Positions 28,000 to 43,264 of a DNA stretch of 64,000 bases are shown in pieces. The notes under the pieces are model-generated. The model did no database searches and had not been told where the DNA came from. It was given only the letters and a program-made list of their open reading frames with translations. The DNA lies in NCBI GenBank assembly GCA_036397875.1, contig DASWIC010000048.1, positions 6,920-70,919 on the forward strand. Reading direction: 5' to 3'. This stretch comes from Burkholderiales bacterium (GTDB taxonomy: Bacteria > Pseudomonadota > Gammaproteobacteria > Burkholderiales > SG8-41). The first letter of the stretch is position 1; every line of letters starts with the position of its first letter. The position numbers were made by a program, and so were the translations under genes.

Positions 28000-30267
28000 A
28001 TGCGCTGGTTTCGCGCAGCATGGCTGCTCCTCGCATTCCATGCGATTGCGGCGGCCGCCCTCGAGCCGTTTGTCATCCGGGACATCCGGGTGGAGGGCAT
28101 CCAGCGCACGGAAGCCGGCACGATCTTCAGCTACCTGCCGGTCAAGGTCGGCGACACGATGTCCGACGAGCGGGCGTCCGAGGCGATCCGCGCGCTGTTT
28201 GCGACCGGGTTCTTCCGCGACGTCAGCCTGGAGCGCGAGGGCGACGTGCTGGTAGTGGTGGTGCAGGAACGGCCCTCGATCGCCCAGATCGAGTTCGCGG
28301 GACTGCATGAGTTCGAAAAGGACCAGATCACGAGCGCGTTTCGCCAGATCGGCATCGGGGAGGGCCGCATCCTCGACCGCGGGCTGCTCGATCGCGCGGA
28401 ACAGGAGCTCAAACGCCAGTACCTGGGCAAGGGCTACTACGCGGTCATCATCAGTACCACGGTAACGCCGCTGGAGCGCAACCGCGTCGCGATCAACTTC
28501 AACGTCGAGGAAGGGCTGGTTGCCAAGATCCGGCAGATCAGCATCATCGGCGCGCAGGCGTTCAGCGAGAGCGAACTCACGAGGCTGTTCGTGCTGCGCA
28601 CGCCGGGGCTGTGGACCTGGTTCAGCAAGCACGATCAATACTCGCGGGAGAAGCTTTCGGCTGACCTCGAAACGCTGCGCTCGTATTATCTCGACCGCGG
28701 GTATCTCGAGTTCCGCGTCGACTCCACCCAGGTCTCGATCACGCCCGACAAGCAGGACATCTACATCACGATCAGCGTCACGGAAGGCCCCCAGTACACG
28801 GTATCGGACGTGCGGGTGGCCGGCGAACTCCTGGTCCCCGAGGAGGAGATACGCAAGCTGATCCAGATCAAACCGGGGGAGCGGTTTTCCCGCGCGCGCC
28901 TGACCGAATCAAGCAAGTTGATCGCCGACCGTCTGGGCAACGACGGCTATGCGTTCGCCAACGTCAATGCCGTGCCGAGCCTCGACAAGGAGAAGCGCCA
29001 GGTTGCGTTCACGTTCCTGATCGATCCGGGGCGGCGCGTCTACGTTCGCCGCATCAACCTGACCGGAAACACGCAAACACGCGACGAGGTGATTCGCCGC
29101 GAGATGCGCCAGCTGGAGGGCGCCTGGTACTCGGCGCAGAAGGTCACGCTGTCCAAGCAGCGTATCGACCGGCTCGGCTACTTCACCGAGGTCGGCGTCG
29201 AAACGCCCTCCGTGGCCGGATCGACCGATCAGGTTGACGTCAACATCGCAGTCGTCGAGAAGCCCACGGGGCAGTTGTTGTTCGGCGCGGGCTACGGCAG
29301 CGATGAGGGTCTAGTTTTTTCGGCATCGATCGCGAAGCAGAACATCTTCGGCAGCGGGCGGCACATGTCGCTGGGCGTTAATACCAGCAGGGTCAACACG
29401 GTCTACTCACTGTCCTATACCAACCCCTATTTCACGCTGGACGGCGTGAGCCAGGGTTTCGATATCTATTACCGGGACCTCGACCCCACGGCACGAGACC
29501 TGGGCCAGTACCAGACGAGGACCGTGGGCGGGCAAATGCGGTTCGGCGTCCCGATCTCCGAGCTCGACACGATCCAGTACGGCATCGGATACGACGACAC
29601 GACCATCACGACTTTTCCCGACAGCCCGCCGCGCTACCTGGATTACGTGGCCGTCTTCGGCTCCCAGAACACCAACCTGTTCCTGACGGCCGGGTGGGCC
29701 CGCGACGGGCGGGATAGCCTGATCTATCCCACCAAGGGTGCGTTTCACAGAGCGAGCAGCGAGGTCGGCCTTCCCCTTGCCGATCTGGAGTATTACAAGC
29801 TCTACTATCAGTACCAGCGCTATTTCCCGCTGACGCGTTTCACCAGCCTGCTGGTCAACGGCGAGTTCGGATACGGGGACGGCTATGATGATAAGCCGTT
29901 GCCCTTCTTCAAGAATTTCTATGTCGGCGGCGTCAATTCGGTGCGCGGCTTCAAGTCCTTTACAATAGGCCCCAAGGATGTCAACGGTGACCCGACGGGT
30001 GGGCCGCGGAAGGTGCAGGCCAACACGGAGCTGCTGTTCCCGCTTCCCGGACTGGAGAATGACCGGTCGGTGCGGGTGAGCGCGTTCGTCGATTCAGGCG
30101 TGGTGGGGGAAACGATCGATTTCAGCCTGCTGCGTGTTTCCACCGGCCTGGCACTGCTGTGGGTATCGCCGATCGGCCCGCTCAAACTCAGCTTGGGCTG
30201 GCCGCTACGCAAGCAGCCGGACGACGATCTGCAGAAATTCCAGTTCACCATCGGCGGAATTTTCTGA
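28000..30267 (+). CDS. bamA: Outer membrane protein assembly factor BamA
   Basis: Signal peptide, POTRA repeats (IRDIRVEGIQRT…), C-terminal beta-barrel ending in …FQFTIGGIF. Confidence 0.95.
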   Translation: MRWFRAAWLLLAFHAIAAAALEPFVIRDIRVEGIQRTEAGTIFSYLPVKVGDTMSDERASEAIRALFATGFFRDVSLEREGDVLVVVVQERPSIAQIEFAGLHEFEKDQITSAFRQIGIGEGRILDRGLLDRAEQELKRQYLGKGYYAVIISTTVTPLERNRVAINFNVEEGLVAKIRQISIIGAQAFSESELTRLFVLRTPGLWTWFSKHDQYSREKLSADLETLRSYYLDRGYLEFRVDSTQVSITPDKQDIYITISVTEGPQYTVSDVRVAGELLVPEEEIRKLIQIKPGERFSRARLTESSKLIADRLGNDGYAFANVNAVPSLDKEKRQVAFTFLIDPGRRVYVRRINLTGNTQTRDEVIRREMRQLEGAWYSAQKVTLSKQRIDRLGYFTEVGVETPSVAGSTDQVDVNIAVVEKPTGQLLFGAGYGSDEGLVFSASIAKQNIFGSGRHMSLGVNTSRVNTVYSLSYTNPYFTLDGVSQGFDIYYRDLDPTARDLGQYQTRTVGGQMRFGVPISELDTIQYGIGYDDTTITTFPDSPPRYLDYVAVFGSQNTNLFLTAGWARDGRDSLIYPTKGAFHRASSEVGLPLADLEYYKLYYQYQRYFPLTRFTSLLVNGEFGYGDGYDDKPLPFFKNFYVGGVNSVRGFKSFTIGPKDVNGDPTGGPRKVQANTELLFPLPGLENDRSVRVSAFVDSGVVGETIDFSLLRVSTGLALLWVSPIGPLKLSLGWPLRKQPDDDLQKFQFTIGGIF

Positions 30268-30318
30268 GTGCGGCGGTGCATGCGCGGGCCGTCGCGAGAC
30301 AACTGCAAGGAGAGCGCA

Positions 30319-30822
30319 TTGAAGCATACAATTCCGAGGATCGCCGTGGTGCTGGCCGCGTTTGTCGCCATGGGCGCCGAGGCCGCGGACATGAAAATCG
30401 GCTTCGTGGACGTGGAGCGCATCAGCCGCGAATCCGCGCCGGCCGAGCGCGCGAGCAAGCAGCTCGAAAAGGAATTCGCCCCCCGTCGGCAGGAGCTGCA
30501 GCGTCGAGAGGCCCGCATCAAGGAGCTGCAGGGCCAGCTCGAGCGCGAGGCGATGACGATGACCGAAAGCGATCGCCGGGCAAAGGAGCAGGAGCTGGCG
30601 CGCACCAATGTGGAATTTCAGCGCATGCAGCGCGAATTTCGCGAGGACCTAACGATTCGCCGCAATCAGGAGATACAGGGACTGATGGAGCGGGCCAACC
30701 GCGTGATCCGAAAGATCGCCGAAGCGGGCAAGTTCGATCTCGTCATCCAGGATGCGGTCTATCGGGACCCGCGCATCGACATTACGGACCAGGTGCTCAA
30801 GGCCCTCGCCGAACCCCAATAG
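30319..30822 (+). CDS. skp: Periplasmic chaperone Skp/OmpH (TTG start 6 nt after AAGGAG; the track ORF starts at 30268)
   Basis: Signal peptide IAVVLAAFVAMGAEA, charged coiled-coil body, position between bamA and lpxD. Confidence 0.75.
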   Translation: MKHTIPRIAVVLAAFVAMGAEAADMKIGFVDVERISRESAPAERASKQLEKEFAPRRQELQRREARIKELQGQLEREAMTMTESDRRAKEQELARTNVEFQRMQREFREDLTIRRNQEIQGLMERANRVIRKIAEAGKFDLVIQDAVYRDPRIDITDQVLKALAEPQ

Positions 30823-30892
30823 GCGATCCAGAAATGCGCGGCGCGCCGGCCGGCCCCGCTCGTGGTGCCGGTCGCATCCCGCGCCCGTGCCC

Positions 30893-31945
30893 ATGAAAGA
30901 CAGCGAAAGCAGATCCTACAGCCTGCGCGAAATCGCCCGGCGTTTCGGGGGTGATATTGCCGGCAATCCCGAATTCGAGGTGCGCCGGGTCGCTACGCTG
31001 GAGAACGCGGGGCCCGACTGCATCGCCTTTCTCGCCAATACGCGCTACCTTCCCCAGCTCAAGGCGACGCGTGCAGGCGCAGTGATCGTGGGCAAAGCGG
31101 CGCGCGCCGCGACCCGGGTCCCCCGGATCGTGTGCGCAAACCCCTACGCCTATTTCGCACGGGTATCGACCCTGTTCAACCCGGCGCCCGGCGCGCAGCC
31201 AGGAGTGCACCCGACCGCGGTCGTCGCTGGTTCGGCCCGGGTTGCCGTCGACGCCGAGATCGGCCCGTGCGCCGTGATCGAAGGCGGCGCGGAGATCGGG
31301 GCGGGTTGCGTCATCGGCGCCGGCTGCTGCATCGGAGAGGGAGTCGTGATTGGAGCCGGTACCCGGCTCTACGCCAATGTCAGCATATACCATGGCTGCG
31401 TCGTCGGCGAGCACGTCATTCTTCATGCGGGCGTCGTGATCGGCTCCGATGGCTTCGGCCTCGCGATGGAGGAGGGGCGCTGGGTCAAGGTGCCGCAGGT
31501 CGGATGCGTGGTGATCGGCAACGACGTGGAGATCGGCGCCAACACCACGGTGGACCGGGGCGCGCTCGACGATACCGTGATCGAGGAGGGCGTGAAGCTC
31601 GACAATCAGATACAGGTCGGTCACAACGTGCGGATCGGCGCTCACACCGCGATTGCTGCCTGCACGGGCATCGCCGGCAGTGCGAAGATCGGGCGCCACT
31701 GCCGGATCGGCGGCGCATCGGGCATTGCCGGGCACATCACCATCGCCGACGGCGTGGAAATTTCGACCTACACGCTGATCACCAAGTCGATCGACCGTCC
31801 CGGCACCTACACTGGGGCCTATGCGTTCGAGCCGCATCGGGACTGGCTCCGGAACGCGGCGCAGCTGCGCCATCTCGCGGAGCTGGCGCGCAGGGTACGG
31901 GCGCTGGAGAAAAAATCGAAGCAGCCAAAAAGGAGCAAGCCGTGA
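30893..31945 (+). CDS. lpxD: UDP-3-O-acylglucosamine N-acyltransferase (start re-set to [11 protein letters not shown])
   Basis: Hexapeptide-repeat left-handed beta-helix; position skp-lpxD-fabZ-lpxA. Confidence 0.9.
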   Translation: MKDSESRSYSLREIARRFGGDIAGNPEFEVRRVATLENAGPDCIAFLANTRYLPQLKATRAGAVIVGKAARAATRVPRIVCANPYAYFARVSTLFNPAPGAQPGVHPTAVVAGSARVAVDAEIGPCAVIEGGAEIGAGCVIGAGCCIGEGVVIGAGTRLYANVSIYHGCVVGEHVILHAGVVIGSDGFGLAMEEGRWVKVPQVGCVVIGNDVEIGANTTVDRGALDDTVIEEGVKLDNQIQVGHNVRIGAHTAIAACTGIAGSAKIGRHCRIGGASGIAGHITIADGVEISTYTLITKSIDRPGTYTGAYAFEPHRDWLRNAAQLRHLAELARRVRALEKKSKQPKRSKP

Positions 31946-31950
31946 GCGGC

Positions 31951-32421
31951 ATGGACATCAACAAGATCCTCGAATATCTCCCGCACCGCTACCCCTTCCT
32001 GCTGGTCGACCGGGTGCTGTCCTGCGAGCCGGGCAAGCGCTTGACGGCGTTGAAAAACGTCACCATCAACGAGCCGTACTTCCAGGGCCATTTCCCCCAT
32101 CACCCGGTCATGCCGGGGGTGCTGATCATCGAGGCGATGGCGCAGGCCTGCGCCATCCTGACCTTTCACAGCGAGCAGCATCGGGCCGACGAACGCCTGG
32201 TCTACTATTTCGCCGGGATCGACAACGCCCGGTTCAAGAAGCCGGTCATGCCCGGTGACACGCTGCGCCTGGAAGTCGTCCTGGAACGCCACGTCCGAGG
32301 TATCTGGAAATATACGGCGCAGGCACTGGTCGAGGATGCAGTGGTGGCGGTGGCCGAGATGATGTGCACGGTGCGCTCGCTCCAGGCGGACGGACGGACT
32401 GCGCCGGTGCCGCATTCGTAA
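31951..32421 (+). CDS. fabZ: 3-hydroxyacyl-ACP dehydratase FabZ
   Basis: [33 protein letters not shown]. Confidence 0.95.
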   Translation: MDINKILEYLPHRYPFLLVDRVLSCEPGKRLTALKNVTINEPYFQGHFPHHPVMPGVLIIEAMAQACAILTFHSEQHRADERLVYYFAGIDNARFKKPVMPGDTLRLEVVLERHVRGIWKYTAQALVEDAVVAVAEMMCTVRSLQADGRTAPVPHS

Positions 32422-32437
32422 GGGGTCCGTCCTGCCC

Positions 32438-33211
32438 GTGAAGGCTCATCCCACAGCGATCGTCGACCCGCGTGCGCGCATCGCGCCGGATGTCGAGATC
32501 GGCCCCTACGCCGTCGTAGGACCGGATGTCGAGATCGGCGCAGAGTGCTGGATCGGCCCTCATGCCGTGGTCACCGGCCACACCAGGATCGGCCGGCGCA
32601 ATCGCATCTTCCAGTTCTCGTCCATCGGCGAGATTCCCCAGGACAAGAAATACGGCGGTGAGCCGACGCGTCTGGAAATCGGCGACGGCAATACCATCCG
32701 CGAGTTCTGCACCTTTAATTGCGGAACAGCACAGGACGCCGGCGTGACGCGCGTCGGAGATGACAACTGGTTCATGGCATACGTTCACCTTGCCCATGAC
32801 TGCCAGGTCGGAAGTCACACGGTGTTTGCCAACGGCGCGACGCTGGGCGGGCACGTGCATGTCGGTGACCACGCCATACTCGGCGGCTTCACCGGCGTGC
32901 ACCAGTTCTGCCGCATCGGGAGCCACAGTATTACGGGGGGCGGCTCGATCGTGCTGCTGGATGTGCTGCCCTATGTGACGGTCTCCGGCAACCCCGCAAA
33001 ACCCTACGGCCTCAACGTCAAGGGCCTTAAGCGCCGCGGCTTTACGGCCGACACCATCACCGGGCTCAATCGGGCCTACAAGACTCTCTACCGCTCAGGC
33101 CTCACGCTGGAACAGGCGAAGGCGCAGCTCGCGCGCCAGAGGACCGAATGCCCAGAGCTCCAGATCATCCTGGATTTCCTGTCCCCTTCGGGACGCGGAA
33201 TCGCCCGCTAA
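32438..33211 (+). CDS. lpxA: Acyl-ACP--UDP-N-acetylglucosamine O-acyltransferase (GTG start)
   Basis: Hexapeptide repeats, C-terminal helical domain, synteny. Confidence 0.93.
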   Translation: MKAHPTAIVDPRARIAPDVEIGPYAVVGPDVEIGAECWIGPHAVVTGHTRIGRRNRIFQFSSIGEIPQDKKYGGEPTRLEIGDGNTIREFCTFNCGTAQDAGVTRVGDDNWFMAYVHLAHDCQVGSHTVFANGATLGGHVHVGDHAILGGFTGVHQFCRIGSHSITGGGSIVLLDVLPYVTVSGNPAKPYGLNVKGLKRRGFTADTITGLNRAYKTLYRSGLTLEQAKAQLARQRTECPELQIILDFLSPSGRGIAR

Positions 33212-33314
33212 CGAGCATCGTGAAAATCGTCGACGATGCTCGACCCCTCACCCCTTCCCCCTCTCCCGAGGGGCGAGGGGAAATGGACTGCGGCAACTGG
33301 TTTGTCAACCAGTT
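33212..33314. repeat. REP-like cluster of three hairpins occupying the lpxA-lpxB spacer
   Basis: Hairpin 1: cgagcatcgt/acgatgctcg (33212-33242). Hairpin 2: cccctctccc..ggggcgagggg (about 33258-33280). Hairpin 3: aactggtt/aaccagtt (33295-33314). Confidence 0.6.
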
Positions 33315-33329
33315 AGCCGAGGTTGGAGA

Positions 33330-34487
33330 TTGATGGAGCCGCTGACCATCGCCATGGTCGCCGGCGAGCCCTCGGGCGATGCGCTGGGGCTGCACCTCAT
33401 CCAGGCGCTGCGCCGGCATGTTCCGAACGCCCGGTTTACCGGCATCGGAGGTCCGAAGATGACGGGCGCCGGCTTCGAGACCCTCTACCCGATGGAAAAG
33501 CTCGCGGTGATGGGCATCATGGAGGTGCTGCGCCATCTCCCCGAGCTCGCCGGCATCCGGCGCCGCCTCGCGGCGCATTTCCTGCGCGAGCGCCCACGGC
33601 TGTTCATCGGAATCGACGCACCCGAGTTCAATCTCGGCCTCGAGCTGAAGCTCAAGTCCGCCGGCGTGCCGACCGTGCACTATGTTGGTCCCACGGTCTG
33701 GGCGTGGCGCGCCGGGCGGATACACAAGATCCGGCGGGCGGTGTCCAAGCTGCTCGTCCTGTTCCCGTTCGAGGCGGCCATTTTCGAGCGTGCGCAAGTG
33801 CCGGTGGCGTACGTCGGGCATCCCCTCGCGGACCAGCTCGGCGCTTTTCCTGGGCCCGCCGCCATGCGCGAGCAATTGCGCCTGCCCGCCGCAGCCAAGA
33901 TCGTGGCGCTGCTTCCCGGCAGCCGCGTGACGGAGCTGACGCGGCTGTCGGATCTGTTCGTGGCGACGGCCGAGAAAATCGCCGAAGCCGTCCCGGGCGT
34001 GCAGTTTCTCGTCCCGTTCGTGAGCCGCGAGACCCGCGACATCTTCGAAGCGGCGCTGTACCGCCGCGAAGCGGGTGCGCTCGCCATGAGCATGATGTTC
34101 GGGCATGCGCACGAAGCCATGGCAGCTTCCGACGTCGTGCTGGCGGCTTCGGGCACCGCGACGCTGGAAGCGGCGCTGCTGAAGCGGCCCATGGTCATCA
34201 CCTACCGGGCGGCCCCGCTGAGCGTGCTCCTCCACCGTACGCAGTCGTACCTTCCGTACGTCGGGCTGCCCAACATCCTGGCCGGTGAGTTCATCGTCCC
34301 GGAGTTCCTGCACGACGAAGCCACCCCCGAAAACCTCGCGCAGGCGGTCACCAACCTGCTGTTCGACCCGATCATGCGGCAGCGCCTTGAAGTACGCCTG
34401 GGTCGCCTGCTCACGGAGCTGCGCCGGGATGCGGCCGGCGCAGCGGCTGCCGCCATTCTCCCGTTGCTCGACGGCTCGTCCGTATGA
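33330..34487 (+). CDS. lpxB: Lipid-A-disaccharide synthase
   Basis: N-terminus [14 protein letters not shown], 385 aa, synteny. Confidence 0.9.
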   Translation: MMEPLTIAMVAGEPSGDALGLHLIQALRRHVPNARFTGIGGPKMTGAGFETLYPMEKLAVMGIMEVLRHLPELAGIRRRLAAHFLRERPRLFIGIDAPEFNLGLELKLKSAGVPTVHYVGPTVWAWRAGRIHKIRRAVSKLLVLFPFEAAIFERAQVPVAYVGHPLADQLGAFPGPAAMREQLRLPAAAKIVALLPGSRVTELTRLSDLFVATAEKIAEAVPGVQFLVPFVSRETRDIFEAALYRREAGALAMSMMFGHAHEAMAASDVVLAASGTATLEAALLKRPMVITYRAAPLSVLLHRTQSYLPYVGLPNILAGEFIVPEFLHDEATPENLAQAVTNLLFDPIMRQRLEVRLGRLLTELRRDAAGAAAAAILPLLDGSSV

Positions 34488-35068
34488 AGGGCCTTGGGGC
34501 ACTGATCTGCGGCGTCGATGAAGCCGGACGTGGCCCGCTTGCCGGGCCGGTCTTCGCCGCCGCGGTGATCCTCGATCCCGCGCGGCCGATCCCGGGGCTC
34601 GCCGATTCCAAGGCGCTCAGCGCTCCGCGGCGTGAAGCCCTTGTGGCGGAGATCACGTTGCATGCGACGGCCTGGAGCGTGGCCAGCGCGAGCGTGGAGG
34701 AGATCGATGCCCTCAACATCCTGCAGGCGAGCCTCCTCGCGATGCGCCGCGCGGTGGAGGAACTCGCCGTCGTGCCGGCCGAGGTGTGGGTGGATGGCTT
34801 GCATTGTCCGCGGCTGGCGGTTCCCGTGCGCAGCGTGGTGCGCGGAGACGCCACGCTCGACGGCATCGCGGCGGCCTCGATCCTCGCGAAAGTCGCGCGC
34901 GATGCGGAAATGCGTGCGCTGCACGAGATCCATCCCCGGTACGGGTTCGACCAGCACAAGGGTTATCCCACCGTGGCGCACCTGGAGGCGCTGCGCGCGC
35001 ACGGCGCTTGCGCGGCACACCGGCGCAGCTTCGGGCCGGTACGCTTGCTGACCGCTGCGCGCGCTTAG
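34484..35068 (+). CDS. rnhB: Ribonuclease HII
   Basis: [21 protein letters not shown] motifs. Confidence 0.92.
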   Translation: MKGLGALICGVDEAGRGPLAGPVFAAAVILDPARPIPGLADSKALSAPRREALVAEITLHATAWSVASASVEEIDALNILQASLLAMRRAVEELAVVPAEVWVDGLHCPRLAVPVRSVVRGDATLDGIAAASILAKVARDAEMRALHEIHPRYGFDQHKGYPTVAHLEALRAHGACAAHRRSFGPVRLLTAARA

Positions 35069-35097
35069 GCGCCGACGAGCCCCTCAAGGCCGTCCTC

Positions 35098-35883
35098 TTG
35101 AAGCAGATCAGTTCCGCGGCCAATCCGCGCTACAAGGCGCTGCGCAAGCTCGTGCAGTCGTCCCAGGAGCGGAGGAAGACCGGCCTGTCGGTCTTGGATG
35201 GAGTGCACCTGGCCGCGGCCTACCACAAGCACGTCGGGCTGCCCCGGAGCATTGCGGTCAGCCGCAACGGTCTTGCGAATCCGGAAGTGCGGGCGCTGCT
35301 GGAGGAGATGAGAGGAGCAGAGATCCTCGCGCTCGGCGATGCGCTGTTCGACGGCCTTTCCTCCGTCGCGACCCCGACCGGCATCGTGGCGGTCATCGAG
35401 ACGCCCCGCTCCCGGGTGGTGCCGCAGGGCATGGAGTGTTGCGTGCTGCTCGAGGACCTCCAGGACCCGGGCAACCTCGGCTCGATTCTGCGCTCGTGCG
35501 CCGCAGCGGGGGTGGGGCATGTAGTGCTTTCGAAGGGCTCCGTGCACGCCTGGTCGCCCCGCGTGCTGCGCGCGGGCATGGGAGCGCATTTCATGCTGAA
35601 TATCCACGAGGACGCGGACCTGCTCGCGGTAGCGCGGGATTTCCAGGGCACGCTCGTCGCGACGGCCCCGCGTGCGCCGCGAAGCATATTCGAGACCGGG
35701 CTGACGGGCGCAGTCGGATTCATGTTTGGAAACGAAGGCTCCGGTCTCAGCGCGGCACTGCTCGCGGCCGCGGACACCGTGGTATCCATACCCATGCCCG
35801 GCGCGGCCGAGTCGCTCAATGTCACGGCTGCCGCGGCGGTGTGCCTGTTCGAGCGCGTCCGGCAGCTATCAGCTGTCGGCTAG
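35098..35883 (+). CDS. SpoU/TrmH-family RNA 2'-O-methyltransferase (TTG start inferred; the track ORF from 34786 overlaps rnhB and is over-extended)
   Basis: C-terminal SpoU motifs [11 protein letters not shown] and [22 protein letters not shown]. Confidence 0.7.
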   Translation: MKQISSAANPRYKALRKLVQSSQERRKTGLSVLDGVHLAAAYHKHVGLPRSIAVSRNGLANPEVRALLEEMRGAEILALGDALFDGLSSVATPTGIVAVIETPRSRVVPQGMECCVLLEDLQDPGNLGSILRSCAAAGVGHVVLSKGSVHAWSPRVLRAGMGAHFMLNIHEDADLLAVARDFQGTLVATAPRAPRSIFETGLTGAVGFMFGNEGSGLSAALLAAADTVVSIPMPGAAESLNVTAAAAVCLFERVRQLSAVG

Positions 35884-36704
35884 TAGATGCGCCGCAGCAG
35901 CTTCGCCTCATGCAGGATGGTGGTGGCAAGTTCCTCGACCGATTTGCTGGTGGCGTCGAGAAAAGGGATGCCTTCCTGGCGCATCAGCGCTTCCGCCTCG
36001 CGCACCTCGAACTCGCAGTTGGAAAGCGTCGCGTACTGGCTGCCGGGCCGGCGCTCGTTGCGGATTCTCTCCAGCCGCTCGGGCTTGATGGTGAGGCCGT
36101 AGAGCTTCCCGCGCAGGGAACGCAACTGAACCGGGAGGCGCATGCTGCTGAAATCCTCCGGTATCAGGGGATAATTCGCCGCGCGGATGCCATACTGCAT
36201 CGACAGGTAAAGGCACGTCGGCGTCTTTCCGCAGCGCGAGACGCCGACGAGGATGACGTCGGCCTCGGAGAGGTCGCGGCTCGAGACGCCATCGTCGTGG
36301 GACAGGGCGTAGTTCACCGATTCGATGCGGTGGTGGTAGTTGACGAAATCGGCGACGCTGTGCGAGCGTCCGATGGCATGAGACGCCCGCACGCCCAGCT
36401 CGCGCTCGAGCGGCGAGATGAAGATCTCGAAGCAATCGAGGAACAATGCGTCGGCCTCGCCGACTACCTGCGAGATTTCGGTGAGCGCAAGCGTGCTGAT
36501 GACGATCGGGCGCTCGCCATCGGCGGCACCCTGCGCATTGATCTTGGCCACGACATCGCGCGCCTTTTCGACGGTGTCGACGAACGGCAGCGTCACCTCA
36601 TTGAAGCGCACCTTGTCGAACTGGGTAAGCAGGCTGTGACCGAGCATCTCGGCGGTGATGCCGGTGCGGTCGGAAACGAAAAAAGCCGTACGAGGTTTCG
36701 CCAC
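35880..36704 (-). CDS. ppsR: Phosphoenolpyruvate synthase regulatory protein (bifunctional kinase/pyrophosphorylase, DUF299)
   Basis: [13 protein letters not shown]-terminus, P-loop [14 protein letters not shown], divergent from ppsA. Confidence 0.9.
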   Translation of the reverse strand: MAKPRTAFFVSDRTGITAEMLGHSLLTQFDKVRFNEVTLPFVDTVEKARDVVAKINAQGAADGERPIVISTLALTEISQVVGEADALFLDCFEIFISPLERELGVRASHAIGRSHSVADFVNYHHRIESVNYALSHDDGVSSRDLSEADVILVGVSRCGKTPTCLYLSMQYGIRAANYPLIPEDFSSMRLPVQLRSLRGKLYGLTIKPERLERIRNERRPGSQYATLSNCEFEVREAEALMRQEGIPFLDATSKSVEELATTILHEAKLLRRIY

Positions 36705-36783
36705 CGGTGCTGCCCCCTGCGGGAATTGCCGTTAAAATAACCGCTTTCTCCGCAATGCACAATTCAGCGTCACTTCTGGAGCC

Positions 36784-39177
36784 ATGAGCACGACCCGCCG
36801 CGTCCTCGATTTCGCCGCCTTGCGCATGAAGGATGTCGCCGACGTCGGCGGCAAGAACGCGTCCCTCGGCGAGATGATGAGCCAGCTCGGGGGCGCCGGC
36901 GTGCGGGTGCCCGGCGGATTCGCCACGACGGCGCAGGCCTACCGCGAATTTCTCGCGCAGGGCGGGCTCGACCAGCGGTTGGCGCGGCGGTTGCGCGGGC
37001 TGGATGTCGCCGACGTCTCCGCGCTCGCCCGCGCCGGCGCGGAGATCCGGGGCTGGATCCTGGCGCAGGAACTCCCCGGGCCGCTGCGACAGGACATCGC
37101 GGACGCCTACCGCAGGCTGGCGGATGGCGCCGGCGCGGATGCCACGTTCGCGGTGCGCTCGTCGGCCACGGCCGAAGACCTTCCCGATGCGTCGTTTGCC
37201 GGCCAGCAGGAGACCTTGCTCAACGTGCACGGGCTCGACCCGCTCTACGCCGCGGTCAAGGAGGTCTTCGCGTCGCTCTACAACGATCGCGCGATTTCGT
37301 ACCGCGTGCACAAGGGCTACACGCACGAAGAGGTTGCCTTGTCGGCGGGCATCCAGCGCATGGTGCGCAGCGACCTGGGTGCGAGCGGCGTGATCTTCAC
37401 GCTCGACACCGAGTCGGGCTTCGATCAGGTCGTGTTCATCACCTCCGCCTACGGGCTGGGCGAAACGGTGGTGCAGGGAAAGGTCAATCCCGACGAGTTC
37501 TACGTCTACAAGCGCGCCCTGCGCGAAGGAAAGCTCTCGATACTGCGCCGGGGGCTCGGCTCGAAGGCGGTCAAAATGGTGTACGCCGACGCGCGGCAGG
37601 GGGGGGCGTCGGTGACGACGGTGAGCGTGCCGGAGCTCGACCGGCGCCGCTTCTCGATCGACGACGCCGAAGTCGAGGAGCTGGCGCGCTACGCGATGGC
37701 GATCGAAGACCATTACCGGCGGCCGATGGACATCGAGTGGGGCAAGGACGGCATCGACGGCAGGCTCTACGTCCTGCAGGCGCGTCCGGAGACCGTGAAA
37801 GCGGCGGAGAAAGTCGACACGCTGCGCCGCTACCGGTTGAAACAGCGCTCCGAAGTGCTCGCGACGGGCCGCGCGATCGGCCAACGGATAGGCAGCGGCC
37901 CGGTCCGCGTGATCCGCAGCGCCGCCGAGATGTCGCGCATACGCGACGGCGACGTGCTGGTGACGGACATGACCGATCCCGACTGGGAACCGGTGATGAA
38001 GCGCACGGCGGCGATCGTCACCAACCGCGGCGGCCGCACCTGCCACGCTGCCATCATCGCGCGCGAGCTCGGCGTACCCGCGGTGGTGGGTTGCGGCGAC
38101 GCCACGCAGGTGCTGAAGGATGGGCGCCCGGTCACGGTGTCCTGCGCCGAAGGAGACACCGGATTCGTCTACCGGGGAGTCCTCGAAACCGAGGTGCTCG
38201 ACCTCTCGTTGAAGGGTATCCCGAAGGCGCCGGTCAAGATCACCATGAATGTCGGCAACCCCGAGCTCGCTTTCGAGTTCCAGCGTCTGCCCAACGAGGG
38301 GGTAGGGCTCGCGCGGCTCGAGTTCATCATCGCGCGCATGATCGGCGTGCATCCCAGGGCGGTGCTCGCCTATCCCGATCTCGGGTCCGATCTCAAGCTC
38401 GCGGTCGAGGAGCACAGCGCCGGCTACCCCGACCCGGTGACGTTTTATGTGGAGAAGCTCGTGGAGGGCATCGCCACGCTCGGCGCGGCGTTCTGGCCCA
38501 AGCCGGTAATCGTGCGTCTGTCCGATTTCAAGTCGAACGAGTACTCCGCTCTCACCGGCGGCGCACGCTACGAGCCGCGCGAGGAGAATCCGATGCTCGG
38601 TTTCCGGGGCGCCGGGCGCTACCTCGATCCCTCGTTCCGGGATTGCTTCCAGCTCGAATGCCGCGCGCTCAGGAAGGTTCGCAACGACATGGGACTTGCC
38701 AACATCGAGATCATGGTGCCGTTCGTGCGCACTGTGGCGGAAGCGCGGAAGGTCCTCGAGCTGCTCGCGGCCAACGGCCTGAAGCGGGGGGAGAACGGGC
38801 TGCGCGTCATCATGATGTGCGAGCTGCCGTCGAACGCGATCCTCGCCGACCAGTTCCTCGAGCATTTCGACGGGTTTTCGATCGGCTCCAACGACATGAC
38901 CCAGTTGACGCTCGGGCTCGACCGCGACTCGGGGCTCATTGCGGCAAGCTTCGACGAGCGTGATCCGGCAGTGAAGCAAATGATGCATCTCGCGATCCAG
39001 GCTTGCCGGCGCGCCGGCAAGTACGTCGGCATTTGCGGGCAGGGGCCGTCCGACCACCCGGATCTCGCGAAATGGCTGGTGGAGGAAGGCATCGAGAGCC
39101 TCTCGCTCAACCCCGACACCGTCGTGGAGACCTGGCTCTACCTCGCAAAGGAGACTTCAAGCGAAAAAAGAGCCTAG
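36784..39177 (+). CDS. ppsA: Phosphoenolpyruvate synthase (pyruvate, water dikinase)
   Basis: ATP-grasp N-domain, phosphohistidine motif [22 protein letters not shown]-terminal PEP-utilising TIM domain; 797 aa. Confidence 0.95.
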   Translation: MSTTRRVLDFAALRMKDVADVGGKNASLGEMMSQLGGAGVRVPGGFATTAQAYREFLAQGGLDQRLARRLRGLDVADVSALARAGAEIRGWILAQELPGPLRQDIADAYRRLADGAGADATFAVRSSATAEDLPDASFAGQQETLLNVHGLDPLYAAVKEVFASLYNDRAISYRVHKGYTHEEVALSAGIQRMVRSDLGASGVIFTLDTESGFDQVVFITSAYGLGETVVQGKVNPDEFYVYKRALREGKLSILRRGLGSKAVKMVYADARQGGASVTTVSVPELDRRRFSIDDAEVEELARYAMAIEDHYRRPMDIEWGKDGIDGRLYVLQARPETVKAAEKVDTLRRYRLKQRSEVLATGRAIGQRIGSGPVRVIRSAAEMSRIRDGDVLVTDMTDPDWEPVMKRTAAIVTNRGGRTCHAAIIARELGVPAVVGCGDATQVLKDGRPVTVSCAEGDTGFVYRGVLETEVLDLSLKGIPKAPVKITMNVGNPELAFEFQRLPNEGVGLARLEFIIARMIGVHPRAVLAYPDLGSDLKLAVEEHSAGYPDPVTFYVEKLVEGIATLGAAFWPKPVIVRLSDFKSNEYSALTGGARYEPREENPMLGFRGAGRYLDPSFRDCFQLECRALRKVRNDMGLANIEIMVPFVRTVAEARKVLELLAANGLKRGENGLRVIMMCELPSNAILADQFLEHFDGFSIGSNDMTQLTLGLDRDSGLIAASFDERDPAVKQMMHLAIQACRRAGKYVGICGQGPSDHPDLAKWLVEEGIESLSLNPDTVVETWLYLAKETSSEKRA

Positions 39178-40947
<1,770 letters not shown>

Positions 40948-41047
40948 GGACTGCTGCCGTGACCTCCCGCCCGCGACGGTCGCAGCTCGCGGCGTCGCTG
41001 CACTGCGGCGGCCGCGCACGGCGCGCGGGCCATGGTAGGCGGGGCTG

Positions 41048-41884
41048 ATGGACCTCTGTGGCTTCAAGGCCGGCCTCGATCAGCCTCTGTTTCTGATAGC
41101 GGGCCCGTGCGTCGTCGAGTCCCGCGACCTGGCACTCGACACGGCGGGAGCACTCAAGGAGATTTGCACCGGCCTGGGCGTGCACTTCATCTACAAGTCG
41201 TCGTACGACAAGGCCAACCGGAGTTCGCTCCAGTCCTTTCGCGGTCTGGGAATGGACAAGGGTCTCGAGATCCTGGGCGAAGTCCGCAAGAAGGTGGGGG
41301 TGCCGGTCCTCACCGACGTGCACGAAATGGAGGACATCGACGCCGTGGCGAAGGTTGTGGACGTGTTGCAGACGCCGGCATTCCTGTGCCGGCAGACCGA
41401 TTTCATCTGCGCCGTGGCGGCCGCGGGCAAGCCGGTGAACATCAAGAAAGGCCAGTTCCTCGCTCCCGGAGACATGCGCAACGTCGTGGACAAGGCGCGG
41501 GCGGCGAGCGGGCGCGACAACATACTGGTGTGCGAGCGCGGTGTGTCCTTCGGCTACAACAACCTGGTCTCCGACATGCGTTCGCTCGCGATCATGCGCG
41601 CCACCGGCTGCCCCGTCGTGTTCGACGCCACGCATTCGGTCCAGTTGCCGGGCGGGCAGGGCACCTCGAGCGGCGGGGAGCGCGAGTACGTGCCGGTGCT
41701 GGCGCGCGCCGCGGTGGCGAGCGGCATCTCGGGGCTGTTCATGGAGACCCACCCCGACCCGGACAAGGCGCTTTCCGACGGTCCCAACGCGTGGCCGCTC
41801 AAGCTGATGAAGCCGCTGCTCGGCACGCTGCAGGCGCTCGATGGCATGGTCAAGCAGCGCGGCTTCGCCGAGGACCTGCTCTAG
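41048..41884 (+). CDS. kdsA: 3-deoxy-8-phosphooctulonate (KDO-8-P) synthase
   Basis: 278 aa, typical KdsA sequence ([11 protein letters not shown]…, [14 protein letters not shown]). Confidence 0.93.
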   Translation: MDLCGFKAGLDQPLFLIAGPCVVESRDLALDTAGALKEICTGLGVHFIYKSSYDKANRSSLQSFRGLGMDKGLEILGEVRKKVGVPVLTDVHEMEDIDAVAKVVDVLQTPAFLCRQTDFICAVAAAGKPVNIKKGQFLAPGDMRNVVDKARAASGRDNILVCERGVSFGYNNLVSDMRSLAIMRATGCPVVFDATHSVQLPGGQGTSSGGEREYVPVLARAAVASGISGLFMETHPDPDKALSDGPNAWPLKLMKPLLGTLQALDGMVKQRGFAEDLL

Positions 41885-43210
<1,326 letters not shown>

Positions 43211-43264
43211 TGGGTCGTGCGCAATGGGCAATGCGCGATTCCGTAATCCGCCACCCATTGCGCG

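Noticed and set aside
33148-33333. A 61-aa ORF (…PLTPSPSPEGRGEMDCGNWF…) in the lpxA-lpxB spacer.
   Set aside because: It is a translation of the hairpin/REP-like repeats. It overlaps the end of lpxA and shows no start context.
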